From: Minutocellus sp. GHC0000111
Lineage: Eukaryota
NCBI GenBank assembly: GCA_977018835.1
Contig: OZ361260.1
Location: forward strand, 3,472,001 to 3,536,000
Length of the DNA stretch: 64,000 nt
Reading direction: 5' to 3'
Shown: positions 47,913-61,323 of the stretch, one piece after another
How the letters are laid out: each line of letters opens with the position of its first letter
Position numbering within the stretch: the stretch's first letter is position 1
The notes under the pieces: model-generated
Told to the model about the DNA's origin: nothing
The model's input: only the letters and a program-made list of their open reading frames with translations
Databases searched by the model: none
Program-made: the position numbers and the translations under genes

Positions 47913-48655
47913 ACATGTGCACAACATGACACAGCGCACGCTGCAGCATTGGTGGATGTATTGAGGCAACATTCCGTACCGGTAGACGTTTTGTGAGGAT
48001 ATTATGGACAGCAAGGCGGTGAAATACCGGTACTTACTGTCTTAAAAAAGGAAGGAGAAATGATATGAAACAATGCATGAATTCGTGCTATGGTAGATCT
48101 AGTCAAGTAGATCTACCGTGGATGGATTTCATGATACCGGTAATGGATGAAAAATTAATTCCAAGTCCAGTGCGATACCAAGATACGGGATGCTGTAGAT
48201 ATCAATGTTTTATTAGATCAATCGGTTGCGTCGGATGGAAGTCATCTCGGATCAACCAAGTCCCCCCTCCCTCTCCAGCAACAAACCAAGAGGCTGCCCG
48301 TCAAGGTCCACGTCGTGTGATGTCGTCCAACCAACCAAAAGTCACGCACGCTCATTTTCGAAGACAGTAGTGACCGCCGCCCAGAGACTGAGAAGTATCG
48401 ACCGCCGCCTCTCGAATAGCATGGACACATGCAACACATACGTTTCGGTCCATAATTATCCTACCCAAATTGTTTTCTTTGGCCCGTTGCTACCATTGCG
48501 TGTCCAGCTCATTGAAAGCAACGCATAGCGCCCAAAACGCAGAGAGACCCCCAGAGAACAATCGGAAACTCAGCAGTGGTAAAAGAGTTTCCACGAAATA
48601 TAAGGCTGCTTCCACGCTTGGAGAGCACTTACTCTTGCCCTATTTGCAAGAGACT

Positions 48656-51600
48656 ATGGACGGCTTCTCCTGGATGGGATCACCCGTCGGTGGTGCTGGT
48701 GGATCTCAATCGCGACGGTCCAGCGATGGGTTCGGAGGAGCAGGTTCCGGCGGCGGCGGCAGCGCAAATAACGTCGGGGCAGGAGGCGGCGCAAATAATG
48801 GCGGCAGTGGGCAGCAGCAACAACAGCAGCAGGGGAACCACTTTGGCAACTCGATGAATGCAGCTATGGGAGGTAGCTACGACCCTTTCGGGGCTATGCT
48901 TGATTTCACCGCCGGTGGGGTGGGGTTGGGAGGTGGGACCGGTGGTCTCGGCCTCGGTGCGCCCCAGGCCAATCCGTTCGGTGATCCGTTCCCCGCCACA
49001 TCTCCAAATTTGTACGGCGGTGGCGCATCAGGACTCGGCGGCGGTGGTGGCAGCGGATATACGCAATTGCAACCATCTCAGCTGGGGGGCACGAGCACGG
49101 GCAATGGCATGAGTCTGGGCACGGGCGGGACTGGCTTCGATGATTTCGCGATGCTCTTCGGTCCTCCTGCTGGTACAACAACAGCAGGGGGTGGGATGGG
49201 CGGTGATCTTGGCGCCAGTGCCTACCAGCAGCATCATACACAACATCGTCAGCAACTCATGCAGCAACAGCAACAATTGCTGGTGCAGCAACAACAGCAA
49301 CTCATACAGGCACAGAATCGAGCGCTGGCACAACAACAGCAGTCACGCCGAAGGAAAAGTCCGTCAGTACCGCAGCATCGGAGTCGATCGGGCCAGGGAC
49401 AGCAGCGAGCCCCCTCCATCCTGGGCTCTGCATCGACGAAGCCCTCCTCCTCCCTCTTCGATCCCATCGACGTGTTTTCGTCCTCTCGTCCCTCTCAAAG
49501 GGCAAAGCCCAACACCGCCATCCTATCCGCATCGAAATCGGCCACCCCCTTGCCAGTGGCCGAGCTGGGCGAGAATGACGATCTGCTCAATACCTTCACC
49601 ATGCGAGTAGAAAACTTATCCGTCGAGGATATGACAGCCAAAGAGGTGTTGGACAAAATCAACACACGAACCGACGAGGTCATCACACTCTTCTTGCCAT
49701 GTTGTGACTTTCTGGTCCAATGTCAACAGGAATTAGGGGCAGGACTGGCTGTGGCGACCAAGAAGCGCTACAACAGCCGAGGGGGGTATCAGAACAACAT
49801 GACCAACAGACAATTTTACAACACATATATTGCTAACCTGCCGAACAAATTTTTGCGACAAAATCAGCCCATCATGCCCACGGTTGCCATCCAATCGGCA
49901 TTGAAGGGCGTGCGATGCCAAGCGGGCCGAACGCAGTGGTTGTGAGGCCATGAAGGTAAGTTTTTCATCATTTCTGTGACGGATGCTTGGTCTTGATCTC
50001 CCTGGGACTCCTTCTGAGTATTTTTGGTCGCCATTACTAGTCTAGCTACGTAGTGTCTCACGATGCTTGATGGTTCTCCGCTCTTCTTACTCTCCCCCGA
50101 ATTTAGAACACTTTTCTGGGTGGAATGCGCGAAGGACAATCCTGGGGACTTCGGAAATGGCTCAGCACGAACGGTGGCGCACTTGCTATCTGCAACGATC
50201 TGGAATTGATAATGGGCGCATTGCGCAAACTAGACAAGTCGGCCCCATCGACAATTCGGTTGGCCGAAATTGTTCGGCCGAGGGCGCAGCTTGTATTCGA
50301 TCGGCTCAAGGCCGACGTCCCGAAGGCATACCAGGAGCATAGCTCGGCGCATCCATATTTGCCCTTCTTTCACAGGCTCGAAGGTGTATTGAAGGGCCTT
50401 GCGACATTTGATCCTACCGACGATGATGTAGTCTGTTTGGATGACTCCGACGATGAGGACGACATTAAACCAACCCCTGTCAAGTCCGAGTCCGGTGCTG
50501 GCATCGTTCCCACTGGTGCTACTCCTGGTTTGGGCAGTAAACGGCCGTCTGTATCAGCCAAGTCTGACGATTCGTCCATGATGGATACGTCGACTTCCAA
50601 ACGGATAAAGCGCGAGGAAAGCGACTTGTCGGGCTTTTCTGGGTTCAATCAGGCGTTTGGAAATGTGTTGGAAAAGTTGGCTGATGAAAGTGATACCGGA
50701 GGCACTGGTACCTCTGGTCAAAGCAGCACACCGGTACAAAAGCAAGAGATTGAAACCATTGACCTGCTTGACTCGAGTGATGAAGAAGACGAGGTTGATA
50801 GTAAGCCGTCGGGTATACCTACTGGAGCTCCGACCGGAGAGTCGGCTGTTGAATCAAAACTACCTCCGACGGCTGCTAACATGCCCCAGGCGGCTTCACC
50901 AATTACTGCCTCAAAGGGCTGGCGCTGCCCGCAGTGCACCTACTTCAACGAAGCGAACGCTAAGAAATGTGCCATGTGTCAAGACGAGGACGATGATGAA
51001 GATTTTGACAGTGATGCCTTGCTTCAGGCTCTTATGAATGGCACATTTGCTAATGATGTCGGCCCGTCGGCGTCGGCGAACTCAACACTCGGTGGATCAG
51101 CAGCTGCAGCAGCTCAAGGTACCAATGCTGCTTTCCCCATATCACATACTGCCGACAGTCTTTCTACCAAATTAGATGCAATCATCACTGGCTTCGGATC
51201 AAATATGCACTACATGCTGCGGCCGTGCGAGGTTGATACGACTTCCGAGCATTGGAATGCCGAGCACAATTATGTGTGGGCGCTCAAGTTTTTGAAGACG
51301 ATTCTGCAGAGACCTGAAAGTCGAAGCCTCATCAATCCAACAGATGAGACTGCTCTGTTCCTTGCCGGCCACCCGTCCTATTCCTCTGTCATTCGCCACC
51401 CAGTCTGCTTCGCTGATATCGTGGAAGCGCTTGCCACTCCCAAAACGAGAGGGTCACACCTATGGGGAGACGGCAAATTATCCAGCCTCCCGAAGTGCAA
51501 TCTATGGGAGGGTAAAGACCTCCTCGAAGCTATCGATATGGTAATACTGAATGCCTTGGCATATTTTGGTGGCCGAGACAATAATAAAAAGGCGGTGGCC

Positions 51601-51708
51601 CAGAAGCTGCGCACCTATTTCTGGAAGACGCTGGATGAAAAGTGCGCACACAATAAATCCATCCTTCCAAAGCGCCGTAGGCCAAGTGACAAATTCATCA
51701 AGAAATGA
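48656..51708 (+). CDS. Large nuclear-type protein: G/Q-rich N-terminus, RanBP2 zinc finger, bromodomain-like C-terminus; frameshift ~49910, intron 49956-50106
   Basis: WRCPQCTYFNEANAKKCAMC; YSSVIRHPVCFADI...IDMVILNALAYFG; splice CEAMK/NTFLGGM. Confidence 0.75.
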
Positions 51709-51959
51709 AGACATGCACCTACTTTAAAATACACGTACTTAATTAACAAATGTACCCTATGTAGTCATCTTCATCTTCTTGGCCCGTGGCTTATTTTCTC
51801 CATCGTTACTGGTAGGGTATCGGTTCTTCGTAGTGATGACTCCGGGAGTCTCAATTCTTCAAATAAACGTTAAAAATAAACGTTAAAACCATATGTTGCG
51901 ATGCAAAATGGCTTTTACTTTATTCCTACAGTATAGACATGTTGCCGTTGGGTTGCAAC

Positions 51960-52886
51960 TCAATTTTCTTCATCAGGCTTGCGATTGGAACCAAAGTACG
52001 ATCGCTTTGGTTCACAATCTTTGAAGGGTCGACGGAACGCCCACCTAACATGGTGAGACAGGCGCCGAGTCATTTGATGAGCATTCTTGCCTACTTCATG
52101 ACTGCAGGCGAAAATAAGACAGAGAAGGTAGTTCATTCCAGCGATACTCTCAACGATGATGACACTGGTAAAGAGGAGGAGGATATCGATCAAGCGAAAG
52201 GATTGGCCAATGACGTAGGCGATGAAAAATGGAAGCCAAGAGAAGAGGCCCACGGGCGCGCACTTTGTGCAGACTCTATCGCACAGCCAGTACGATAGGA
52301 AGCAGTAGGCAGCACAAATCTCGATGGTAAAGGCCGACAACACAGCGGTCAGGGCAAGGGTGGCACCGATGACCAGATCAAGAAACCCACTGAAGGTCTT
52401 GCCAGATGACTTGGCATCATCAGTGCCACCTTCGAGATCGGGTGCACTAGGCGACACAGATACAGACGAGGCAGCGACCCTGCCCTTTTGGAAGTCCTCC
52501 TTTGCCTCTTCATAGACCGTGAGCCAGGGATTTCCGGGGATCAGGAAGCGAGGGTCGATCTCCACACTGGCATTCTCGGGATGGAGCGTGGCAATCCAAG
52601 TCACGTAGGAGGCACTTCCTTGGTTGGACTGAAGGTACGAGTCGCAATGATTCCGAATGTCTGCTACACAAGCCTCCCTGGCCGCCGCTGCGGCAGCTCT
52701 GGCCTCTCTATCAGACGGGTCGACACTGGTTGCCAGAGGTGTATCTTCGTCGTCGCCGTTGACATTTGAGGTGACTGGAACGGCAACGGCGATGTGTGTC
52801 AAGCCCTCGGTGGCGTCATCTCCGAGAGAGGTGGAGTCCTCGAATTCGGACGTGTCATCATCGTTGGTAGCAGGTTTGTTTCTCAT
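51960..52886 (-). CDS. Hypothetical multi-pass membrane protein
   Basis: 308-aa ORF; YVTWIATLHPEN motif; several hydrophobic helices. Confidence 0.75.
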   Translation of the reverse strand: MRNKPATNDDDTSEFEDSTSLGDDATEGLTHIAVAVPVTSNVNGDDEDTPLATSVDPSDREARAAAAAAREACVADIRNHCDSYLQSNQGSASYVTWIATLHPENASVEIDPRFLIPGNPWLTVYEEAKEDFQKGRVAASSVSVSPSAPDLEGGTDDAKSSGKTFSGFLDLVIGATLALTAVLSAFTIEICAAYCFLSYWLCDRVCTKCAPVGLFSWLPFFIAYVIGQSFRLIDILLLFTSVIIVESIAGMNYLLCLIFACSHEVGKNAHQMTRRLSHHVRWAFRRPFKDCEPKRSYFGSNRKPDEEN

Positions 52887-53229
52887 TCTTCCTACTAACT
52901 AGCCAGTGCAAGCATTCACACAGATGGTTGTGGAAGTCGGCCTCAATCAGGTGTGAGAGCAATAACTCAAAACGAATACGAGCCTTGTACCTTCCTTCCT
53001 CCTTCTCCCTGTTCGCACGAGTGAAAAGTAGCATGAAGTTCGTTGACTGACCGACTGCCCCCCGCTGTGCTCCGGCACGGGGAGCTTTTTCCTCCTGGGG
53101 CGGTCTTTCCGTCGCTCAAGCGCGAGAACGGATCGAGGTTCATCCACTTCCTCCCTGCTACCGGCAGAAGGTACTAGCTAGGACCTAGTACATGTAGCCA
53201 CCGACGTATTGCTTGCCAAACTTATTGCA

Positions 53230-54525
53230 ATGAAGCTCGCCGCAAATCTTTCGATTGTCGCCATTGCTGCGTCCACATGCGACGTATCTGGCTTTGGCGT
53301 GGGCAATGATGTGGTAAAACAGCCGGCGGTATCTCGGCCGTCTCTCACCTCTGCTGGTGGCCGACGTCATTGCTGGCAACCGTCCACCAAAACAACGTTG
53401 AACGAGAATCTTGCGGCCTCTAGCACTGTCAATATTGCCTACAATAGTAAATCGGAACGGCAGAATTCGGCTCTTGATGCGTTGAAATCGAGCGCCGTCG
53501 CTGCCGCCGACGCCGGTGGTGATGATCAGTCGTCATCATCGGAAGGCAACGCCGCCACTACCAAACTTCCCTTTCCAATTGTCCTTTGGCGCTTCACGAG
53601 GCCGCACACTCTCATCGGGTCGGCATTGGCCATACCGGCCCTCCACCTGCTGGCGGCGCCGGCCCTTGCCGATGCCTTCACGGTAACCAACGCCGTTGCC
53701 ATGCTGTATGCCATGATTCCCTCTCTGCTGATGAACTTGTACATTACCGGTCTGAACCAAATAACGGATGTGGAGATTGACAAAATCAACAAGCCCAATC
53801 TGCCCATTGCCGCCGGACATCTGTCTCCTCGAACGGCAACCCTGGTCGTTCTGGTGGCACTGGCGGCTGCCTTGGGACTGGGGGTGGCCCACCCCACCTT
53901 CGGCACGGAGGGACTCAATGTCGCCTTGTGGGGTAGCGGCATCCTCGGTACCATGTACAGCCTGCCCCCGTTCCGGCTGAAGCGTTTCCCGCTCCTCGCG
54001 GCATTCTGCATCGTGGCCGTTCGGGGGACCATCATCAATGCCGGTTTCTTCGCGCATGCCAAGGCGGCTGCGTATGGTGCCCAGGGTACCGCGGCGGCGT
54101 CGGTGATGAATTGTCTTCTAACTGATCCTCGGTGCATGCTGTCAAGTCTCTTCTTTGGCATCTTTGGAATTGTCATTGCCCTCATGAAGGATGTTCCCGA
54201 TGTGGCCGGGGACGAACTGTCCAACATTCGAAGCTTCTCGGTCCGAGTTGGGCAGGATCGCATATTCAAGGCCATGCGCCGGCTGCTCTGTGGACTGTTC
54301 GTTGCCTTCGGGGCGGGATTTGTACGTGGCGCGTTCCTCGCACCGACCAGATTCATTGCAGGTTGCCGAGGTCTTGTGGGGATTGCTAGTTTGGCAGCCG
54401 GTTTATCGGTAAGAGATGAAGCCCAGGTGGTCAATCCCAAGGATAGTTCGGAGGTGTATGGCTACTATATGCATCTGTGGAAGCTGTTCTACCTCTCGTA
54501 CTTGGTCCTTCCGTTTGCTAGGTGA
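53230..54525 (+). CDS. HST: Homogentisate solanesyl/phytyltransferase (UbiA family), plastid-targeted
   Basis: WRFTRPHTLIG, NQITDVEIDKINKPNLPIAAG, KDVPDVAGD; signal VSG-F. Confidence 0.9.
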   Translation: MKLAANLSIVAIAASTCDVSGFGVGNDVVKQPAVSRPSLTSAGGRRHCWQPSTKTTLNENLAASSTVNIAYNSKSERQNSALDALKSSAVAAADAGGDDQSSSSEGNAATTKLPFPIVLWRFTRPHTLIGSALAIPALHLLAAPALADAFTVTNAVAMLYAMIPSLLMNLYITGLNQITDVEIDKINKPNLPIAAGHLSPRTATLVVLVALAAALGLGVAHPTFGTEGLNVALWGSGILGTMYSLPPFRLKRFPLLAAFCIVAVRGTIINAGFFAHAKAAAYGAQGTAAASVMNCLLTDPRCMLSSLFFGIFGIVIALMKDVPDVAGDELSNIRSFSVRVGQDRIFKAMRRLLCGLFVAFGAGFVRGAFLAPTRFIAGCRGLVGIASLAAGLSVRDEAQVVNPKDSSEVYGYYMHLWKLFYLSYLVLPFAR

Positions 54526-54847
54526 TGAGGGATTCTAGGATAATAACTCAGTTGGCAAAGCTTGCCGCACCTTAAAAACCTTCCCTTGGTTATCGCATAG
54601 CCGAAGGGTTCCTGCTACGTACAATAATATGAGTAAATGCTGCCGTTTGTATATCTCTTCCCTAAAATGTCATTGCTACATGTCTGTTTCTTTTGTCTGT
54701 GTTGGTGCATACTCTACGCGAGTTAATGCTTCTCTCGTCGTGGCACAAACAGCGAGACTGAAGTTGCTACAAGCAGATTTAGTCTCACATTCCACAACGA
54801 AGTCGCAATATATATTGGTGGTCTGGCCATTCACTTTCCTGGTGGGT

Positions 54848-57800
54848 CTACCTGCGAGGCTTCCTGGTATCACATACGTCGCACTTGGTATGATCATCTG
54901 AGTTGACAATGGTGCAGACCTTGCATCTCCAGCCAGCTGTCTCTTCTTCGGAATCATCGGAAGCTTCCACTTCCATTGCACCGTCGTTGGTCTCGGCGGC
55001 GCCATTCTCTTCTCCCTCGGATTCCCCCTCCTCTTCATCTTCATCATCATCACTTTGATCATCCTCGTTATCCTCCTCCTCCTCACCATCGATCATTTGG
55101 ACGTCATCATCTCCTTCTCCGGGTATGCCCGAGCACCATTTTTCGAGCACCTGCTTGTGAGCGTCGGTGAGAGGGCCATGCTCTCCAAAGGATTCATCAA
55201 ATTCATCGACCTGACAGTCAAAACACACGGCCGATGTATCGCCGTTATCATTGTTCTTCCACAATGTAATGGCTGTTGGTGATAGATGAGGCAGTGACAC
55301 GAGAAAGGTGGGTGAGGGGGATCGAGTTTTTACAAGTCCTTTGAGCAGGGCAATATGAAATAAATAAAGAGCACCAATAAACAAACAGAAGCGTCCGTCA
55401 CGTACCACGCCTGGGACCTTCGCAATCATCGGCCTGACACAAGACGGGAGATGAACCAGTAATTTCCATGGCACTGAACAACTTGGAAATTACCCAGCCC
55501 CCGTCATCATCGTCAGAGTCCTCGTCAGAATCTTCGCCCTCAGCAGCAGATTTCGTACTGGTCTTGGTCCTGGCCGACGGAGCTTCCCCATCAGAATGAG
55601 TCTTCATCTTTTTGGCCCTTGGCTTCTTATCTCCATCGTCACTATCATCCGAATCATCCGAGTCATTGGAATCTGATCCTGATCCACCGTTCTCTTCGAG
55701 CTGCTTCTGGAGCTCCTCCAGACGCTGCAATTCTTCCGCCGCCTGACGTTCCTCCTCCTCCTGTTGGCGCTGTTGGATTAGGGACCACGTGACCTCCAAA
55801 CCAAAAACGAAGGAAACGGAATCAAATCCACGCATCGCCGCGCGAAAGACGGGATCATCGACGGTATCGGTGCTGTAATGATGACTCCAGGAGCGCATGT
55901 TCTCCTCATCGGGCATACCCAGCTGTTCCTGGTAGTCCTCACCACGCTCGTTGTCAATGAGGGCACACTTGCCTTCGTCGTCACCGGCAGCACAATCGGA
56001 TGGACCAGAGTTCTCCTTACCGGTAGTCTCATCGTCGGGCTTCATATTCATCAGAACAGGCACAAGAGCGGTCCATTCGTCGACCCACCAGGCTTGGAGC
56101 CGTCTCGCAGCATCGGCAATATCTTGACCAGGTTCCCACACCTTCATCACATTGGAGAAGATGCGATTGACGTCCTTGGAGAAGGCAGAAACGCTTTTGT
56201 AGCCACTGCCAGACTCGGCAGTCGCCTTCAGCTCATTGCCGATAGTTCCCAGGTCCATGGGCTGCTTCACCCTCTTTTCATACTCCTCGACCGTTGAGCC
56301 GTGCTCGTCGGCCTTCAATGGAGTAAGGAAGGAAGCTGCATCCTCGTGCTCGAGCATTCGGTCCAGCAGAGTTCGACATTGAGCCAATTTCTTCGGCAAA
56401 ACCTTTTTCTCAATGGCCTCCTGGTCATCGGCAATAATGGCACATCGCTCGCACTTGAGTTTGTCGTGTGTATCAGATGGAGTACCAGTTCGGAGCTTGA
56501 ATAGATTTCGGAGATCCTTGGTCGAGAGAGCGTTGACCTGCTCTTTGTCGTCAACTACAGACTGAAGACCCTCCTTGGATAGCTGACGCTGAAAGATCTT
56601 CTCTTCGACGGTACCCGTGGCAAAAAGGCGGTAGGTGAAGCATCGCTTCTTCTGACCGTCACGCCAGCAACGTGCAGCAGCCTGCTTATCGACGGCAGGA
56701 TTCCAATCGGGATCGAAGAGGACAAGTCGGTTACCTCCGATAAGGTTCAAACCACATCCACCGGCCTTGGAAGACAGGAGGAAGGCGACAAGACTGGAAC
56801 CTGGATCGTTGAATTCGTCGACCATCTGTTGACGCTTCTTCATCGAGATGGAACCATCGAGACGGCAGAATCCCCAGCTGTTCTCGCGGCACATCCGACC
56901 GATCAGGTCGAGCGTCTGAGTGTAGTTACTAATGATGACGATCTTGTCGTTGCCGTTTCCAGGCTTGCGCATCTCACGCATGAGTCTCCAGAGGACGAAC
57001 ATTTTGCCTGACCACTCGGGATGGACAGGAGCATTGAAGCTGCGCCCACCACCAGCTCCGTCAAATGGGAGGAACTTGCTAACCCCGTCTGCACCGGGGG
57101 CTGCGCTGCTTTTCTCGTCCTCGGCGTAGCTAATCTTTTTGGCCTTGGCCCTGCGTCCTCCTCCGCCGCCAGTATTCTTGGAGTCTTCATCGGCGATAAG
57201 GCTCGGGTGGTTGCACAACTTCATGAGCATCTGGATGGAGCTGAGGCAGTTGACCTGCTTGCCATCGAGGACGTGTTGCATATCCTTGGAGCTGACGAGG
57301 TGCTGGTACATATTCTGTTGAATTTCGGTGAGGTTGCAGCATACAACTTGAACGAGCTTCGGAGGCAAATGCTGTGCATTCAATGTGTTCACACGGCGGA
57401 GGATGAACTCGTTGACGGTGGTACTCATTTCGTTCTGCACCTCCGTCATCTTGTTCTTTTGCCGTTCGGTGGCATCGGGCTCTCTACCACGGAGAATCGG
57501 GAAGAGGTAGTTCTTTCTGAATTCTTCCTGCGTTCCGAGGACGCCGGGATTGACTGGGATTGGAAGATGATATGGAATTGGGGTGAAACGAAAATATTGT
57601 TAGAGAGAGAAGTAGTATCCAGCTAGAGATCGATACGTAGATTCTAATCTTGCAAAGAGAGCAAAACTTACTGAAATCAACCATGGCGAAGAATTCCTGC
57701 AGGTCATTCTGCATGGGAGTACCGGTCAGGAGTACGCGACGCTTGCATGGGAGTGAAAACAAGGCCTGGGAGGTCTGATTCTCCCTGTTCTTGAGGCGAT

Positions 57801-59243
57801 GGGCCTCGTCACATACCAGCAGGTCGCAGCAATCCTTGTGTTTGTTGAGCCGGCCGATGTGCGTCCTCATGGTCTCGTAACTGGCGATGAGGACGTTGAA
57901 CATCTTGGTCTTGACGAACACGTCCAGATTCTTCTCCACGGTCTTGCGGTCCGATTCGGCCAACGCAATTGTCTTGACGGTGCCCGGTCCGAGCCACTTG
58001 ACGAACTCATTGTCCCAGTTCTTGACGAGGGAGCACGGGCAGACGACGATGACGCGCTTGGCGGTCGGGGCTGGACGGGCGGCGATGCCGGTCTTGAGGA
58101 GGGTCCAGATGAGGCTGACAGATTGGAGAGTCTTGCCGAGTCCCATGTCTGTTGGGTATTTGTATGGGATAGAAATCATGAGAGATATTTATTTGCGGCG
58201 GAAATGAGAGAGTGGGATGGGTATCTACTAGTAATTCCGAGCATGACCACAAACTCAAGTGAAAGATGTGGAGATGGCAATGACAACAACATACACGATA
58301 CGCAGGCAATACTAGAATACGGTCTTCACTTACCATCGGCCAGGATACAGCCATTGCCGTCAAAGTCCCGCATCCCCATGACGCACTCGTACATGAACTT
58401 GACTCCCTCCCTCTGATGCGGCCGGAGCCACTTGGCCAGGACCTTGGGAACGTACTGGTCCTCCTTGGTGTAGGCCTCGGCCGGCGGGCCGGTCTTGATG
58501 GTGACCTCCTCCTCGACGCCGTACTCGTCGGGTCGGGTGACCGTCCGCAGTACCTTGGGCAGGCCCTTGGCCTCTCCGCCGTTTTGGGGGGACTGCCACA
58601 CCATGAGGGGCTTGTAGTTGCGCTCGAGCTGGGCCATGAGGCTGTCCTCCTCCTCCTCTTCCTCGTCGGCGGATGCGTCGGACCCGTCGTCCCCGTCGCC
58701 GGCCTTGGCCCGTCCGGGAGTTTTGTAGTTGAGACCCTTCCCGGCCCGGGCCAGCAATTTGGACATGCCGTCCATCCTCCGCTTCTGTCCGAGCGTGGCA
58801 CGCTTGAGGGCCGCCTCGGAATTCTTGTCGTACGCCCTCCGTCCCAGCTGGGGCCGTTGGAAGGGTTTGCGCACGCCAGCCCCCACACTAAGGCCCGTCA
58901 TCATTGGAGCCCGCTGGATCTTGAGCTTTACGCCCGGCTGGAACAGCTTGTTGGTCGCGTGCGGTCCGCGAGAGGCCAGACCTCCGCCGCCTCCTCCACC
59001 AAAACAGGACTTGGACGGGGCACAGTCCGAGATGGTGGTGATACCACTTCCGGCGGCGGCGGCGGCTGCCGCACCGGCCGGTGAGGACTTGAGCATCGCC
59101 GGGTTGGCCAGGCCCGACCCTCTCTTGCCCACCGTCTTGATGACGCGGCGGGGACCCCCGCCCGCTCCGAGGCCTCCGCCGCCGATCCGACGGCCGTCGG
59201 GACCGAAGCTGGACGACGTCTTCTTCTTGCCGCCCGCCAGCAT
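54848..59243 (-). CDS. RAD54: RAD54-family SNF2 ATPase with bromodomain and C-terminal zinc fingers; exons 59243-58334, 58148-57672, ~57553-55406, ~55272-54848
   Basis: LRPHQREGVKF, ILADDMGLGKT, CDEAHRLKN, TGTPMQNDL, LLSSKAGGCGLNLIGGNRLVLFDPDWNPA, QAAARCWRDGQKK. Confidence 0.93.
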
Positions 59244-59647
59244 GGTGGTGTTGGTGTGGGTGCAACTTGCTGGTATTTGAATGGGATACGACGAACAAAA
59301 GTGTTGACGATATCGATACTTGCTGTTTTTACAATGAGTTGAGTGAGGCAGCTGCAACAACGAGTATTCAGATGCCCCCTGCTCTCGATATTGCACCTCC
59401 CTTCGTGCTTGGTGTTTCCTGCAGGAATCAGGAAGGAGCGGCGATAGCGATACTGACTGCCGATACCAACAACCACCAGCATGCAGGAATGCCGAACGGC
59501 CGAGAAATGATTGAGGAGCTGGCCCTGGGAAAGCACCCGGTGAAAGGTCGGCCGGCTTGCAAATTCGTTTTGTGGGCGCGAAAGCAAGCAGAAAAATTGC
59601 GCCAGCCACCGCACACCACGCCACTCATTCCTGGCCAGTCGTTGACC

Positions 59648-61169
59648 ATGCTCGGTAGCAGCAGACGCATCGTGTCGCACGCCGCACGCCACGGTCGTCT
59701 CTATTGGACGTCATCTTCGTCGCCACCTTCATCGTGCTGTGCCTGTGTCGGTGGTGGTGGTGCTGCTGCTGACGGCGGCGGCGGCGGCGGCAGTCTCAGG
59801 TGGCAGGCAGCAGAGTATGCCGCTTCTGCATCTACATGTACGAGTACTCTGCATTATGGGTATGCCAAGGCACATAACATGGTGATAATGAGAGGAATGG
59901 GCGGTGGTCCCAGGCCAAAGAAGCCGAGGCACATGAAGGGCAGTCAGGGGAACAAAGGCAATCGGAATCGGAACCAAAAGAAGGCCAGACAGCAAGCATC
60001 CGGCAACAATAAAAAAAAGGTGAAACCAAAACTACCGCCACGACAACCAAGGGCAAAGTCGGAGGAGGCCCAGAAGGCCCCGCCGGCATATTTGTATCCC
60101 ACGGCATCGAAATATGCATATATTGCCGGTTGCGCTTCCGAGGAGGCGGGCGTTGATCCCCGCACTCTTTTTGTGGACGCCAGAGATGGTCGGACACCAC
60201 CCTCCTTCCTTGCATCGCAATTCGAGTACGTCAGTCCCAAGGTCCTGGGACATGAAGTGCCCGACTTTCAAATCCCAGAGGTGGCCTTTCTTGGCAAATC
60301 CAACGTTGGCAAATCCAGTCTGATCAATGCCCTCACCAAAAAGAAGGAACTCGCAAAAATTAGCAAGACGCCGGGTAGGACGCAGCAGGTCAATTATTTC
60401 GCTCTAGTTAAGAAGGACAAATGCAAGCATCAGGGGAAGGGAGTCTATGCCTTCCACCCCTCGGAATCTACGGGCTTTCTGATTGATTTACCGGGATATG
60501 GCTATGCTGCTGCACCGGATGACAAGGTGTCGGACTGGCAGGCCAAGACGCAGGAATTCCTCCTGCAGAGGAGGGATTCCACCTACCTTCGGAGGGTATT
60601 TCTGCTGATTGATGCTCGTCACGGCGTTGCCAACTTCGATCGGGCTGTCATGGGGTGGTTTGATGAGGCATCGATTCCCTATTCCATTGTGTTTACGAAG
60701 GCCGACCGGGTGGGCCGGCCTCACCTTGTGCGAATAGTGAATGATGTCTGTATGAGGTATCATAGCCAGCTTTATGGTTCTGAAGGCAGTATGGAGGAGG
60801 GGGTACATGTACATCAGTCTCCCATCGTTCATGTTACGAGTTCGAGGTAAGTTCGGTCGAACAGCTGAGTCAATAGTCAAATATTATTCGAGGAAGCCGC
60901 GCGCAACAGAATTTCATCTTACCTTGCTCTCTTTGTATTTGTTTCGGTAATAATTGTCATCCTTGCCGGTTGTCCGTAGGGATGGTGAGGGAATTGAAAC
61001 GTTGATGTGGGCAATCGATGGTGACTTCGTTGCCGACGATATTCAAGAAGGAGCCATAGGCGACATTGAGTACGAGGAATGGGACCATGAGGATGATGAG
61101 GAAGGAGATCAAATAAACTTATTGCATTACGAGAAACTCGAGTATGACTTTGAGGACAAAAAAAAATGA
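59648..61169 (+). CDS. engB: EngB/YihA/YsxC-family GTPase, probably organellar; exons 59648-60846, 60980-61169
   Basis: PEVAFLGKSNVGKSSLIN, SKTPGRTQ, DLPGYGY, TKAD. Confidence 0.92.
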
Positions 61170-61323
61170 AGTTGAGTGGACTGAAGAAGGTACAAAACGA
61201 TAATTGCCAATAGTGGTACCAGGTACTCTGCTCGACCGATGATTTGCAACGCACGCAAACAAAAGATAGTTTTAAATACATGTATTTATTTGGATGCTAC
61301 TCCATTTGACTGCTCCTACGTAG

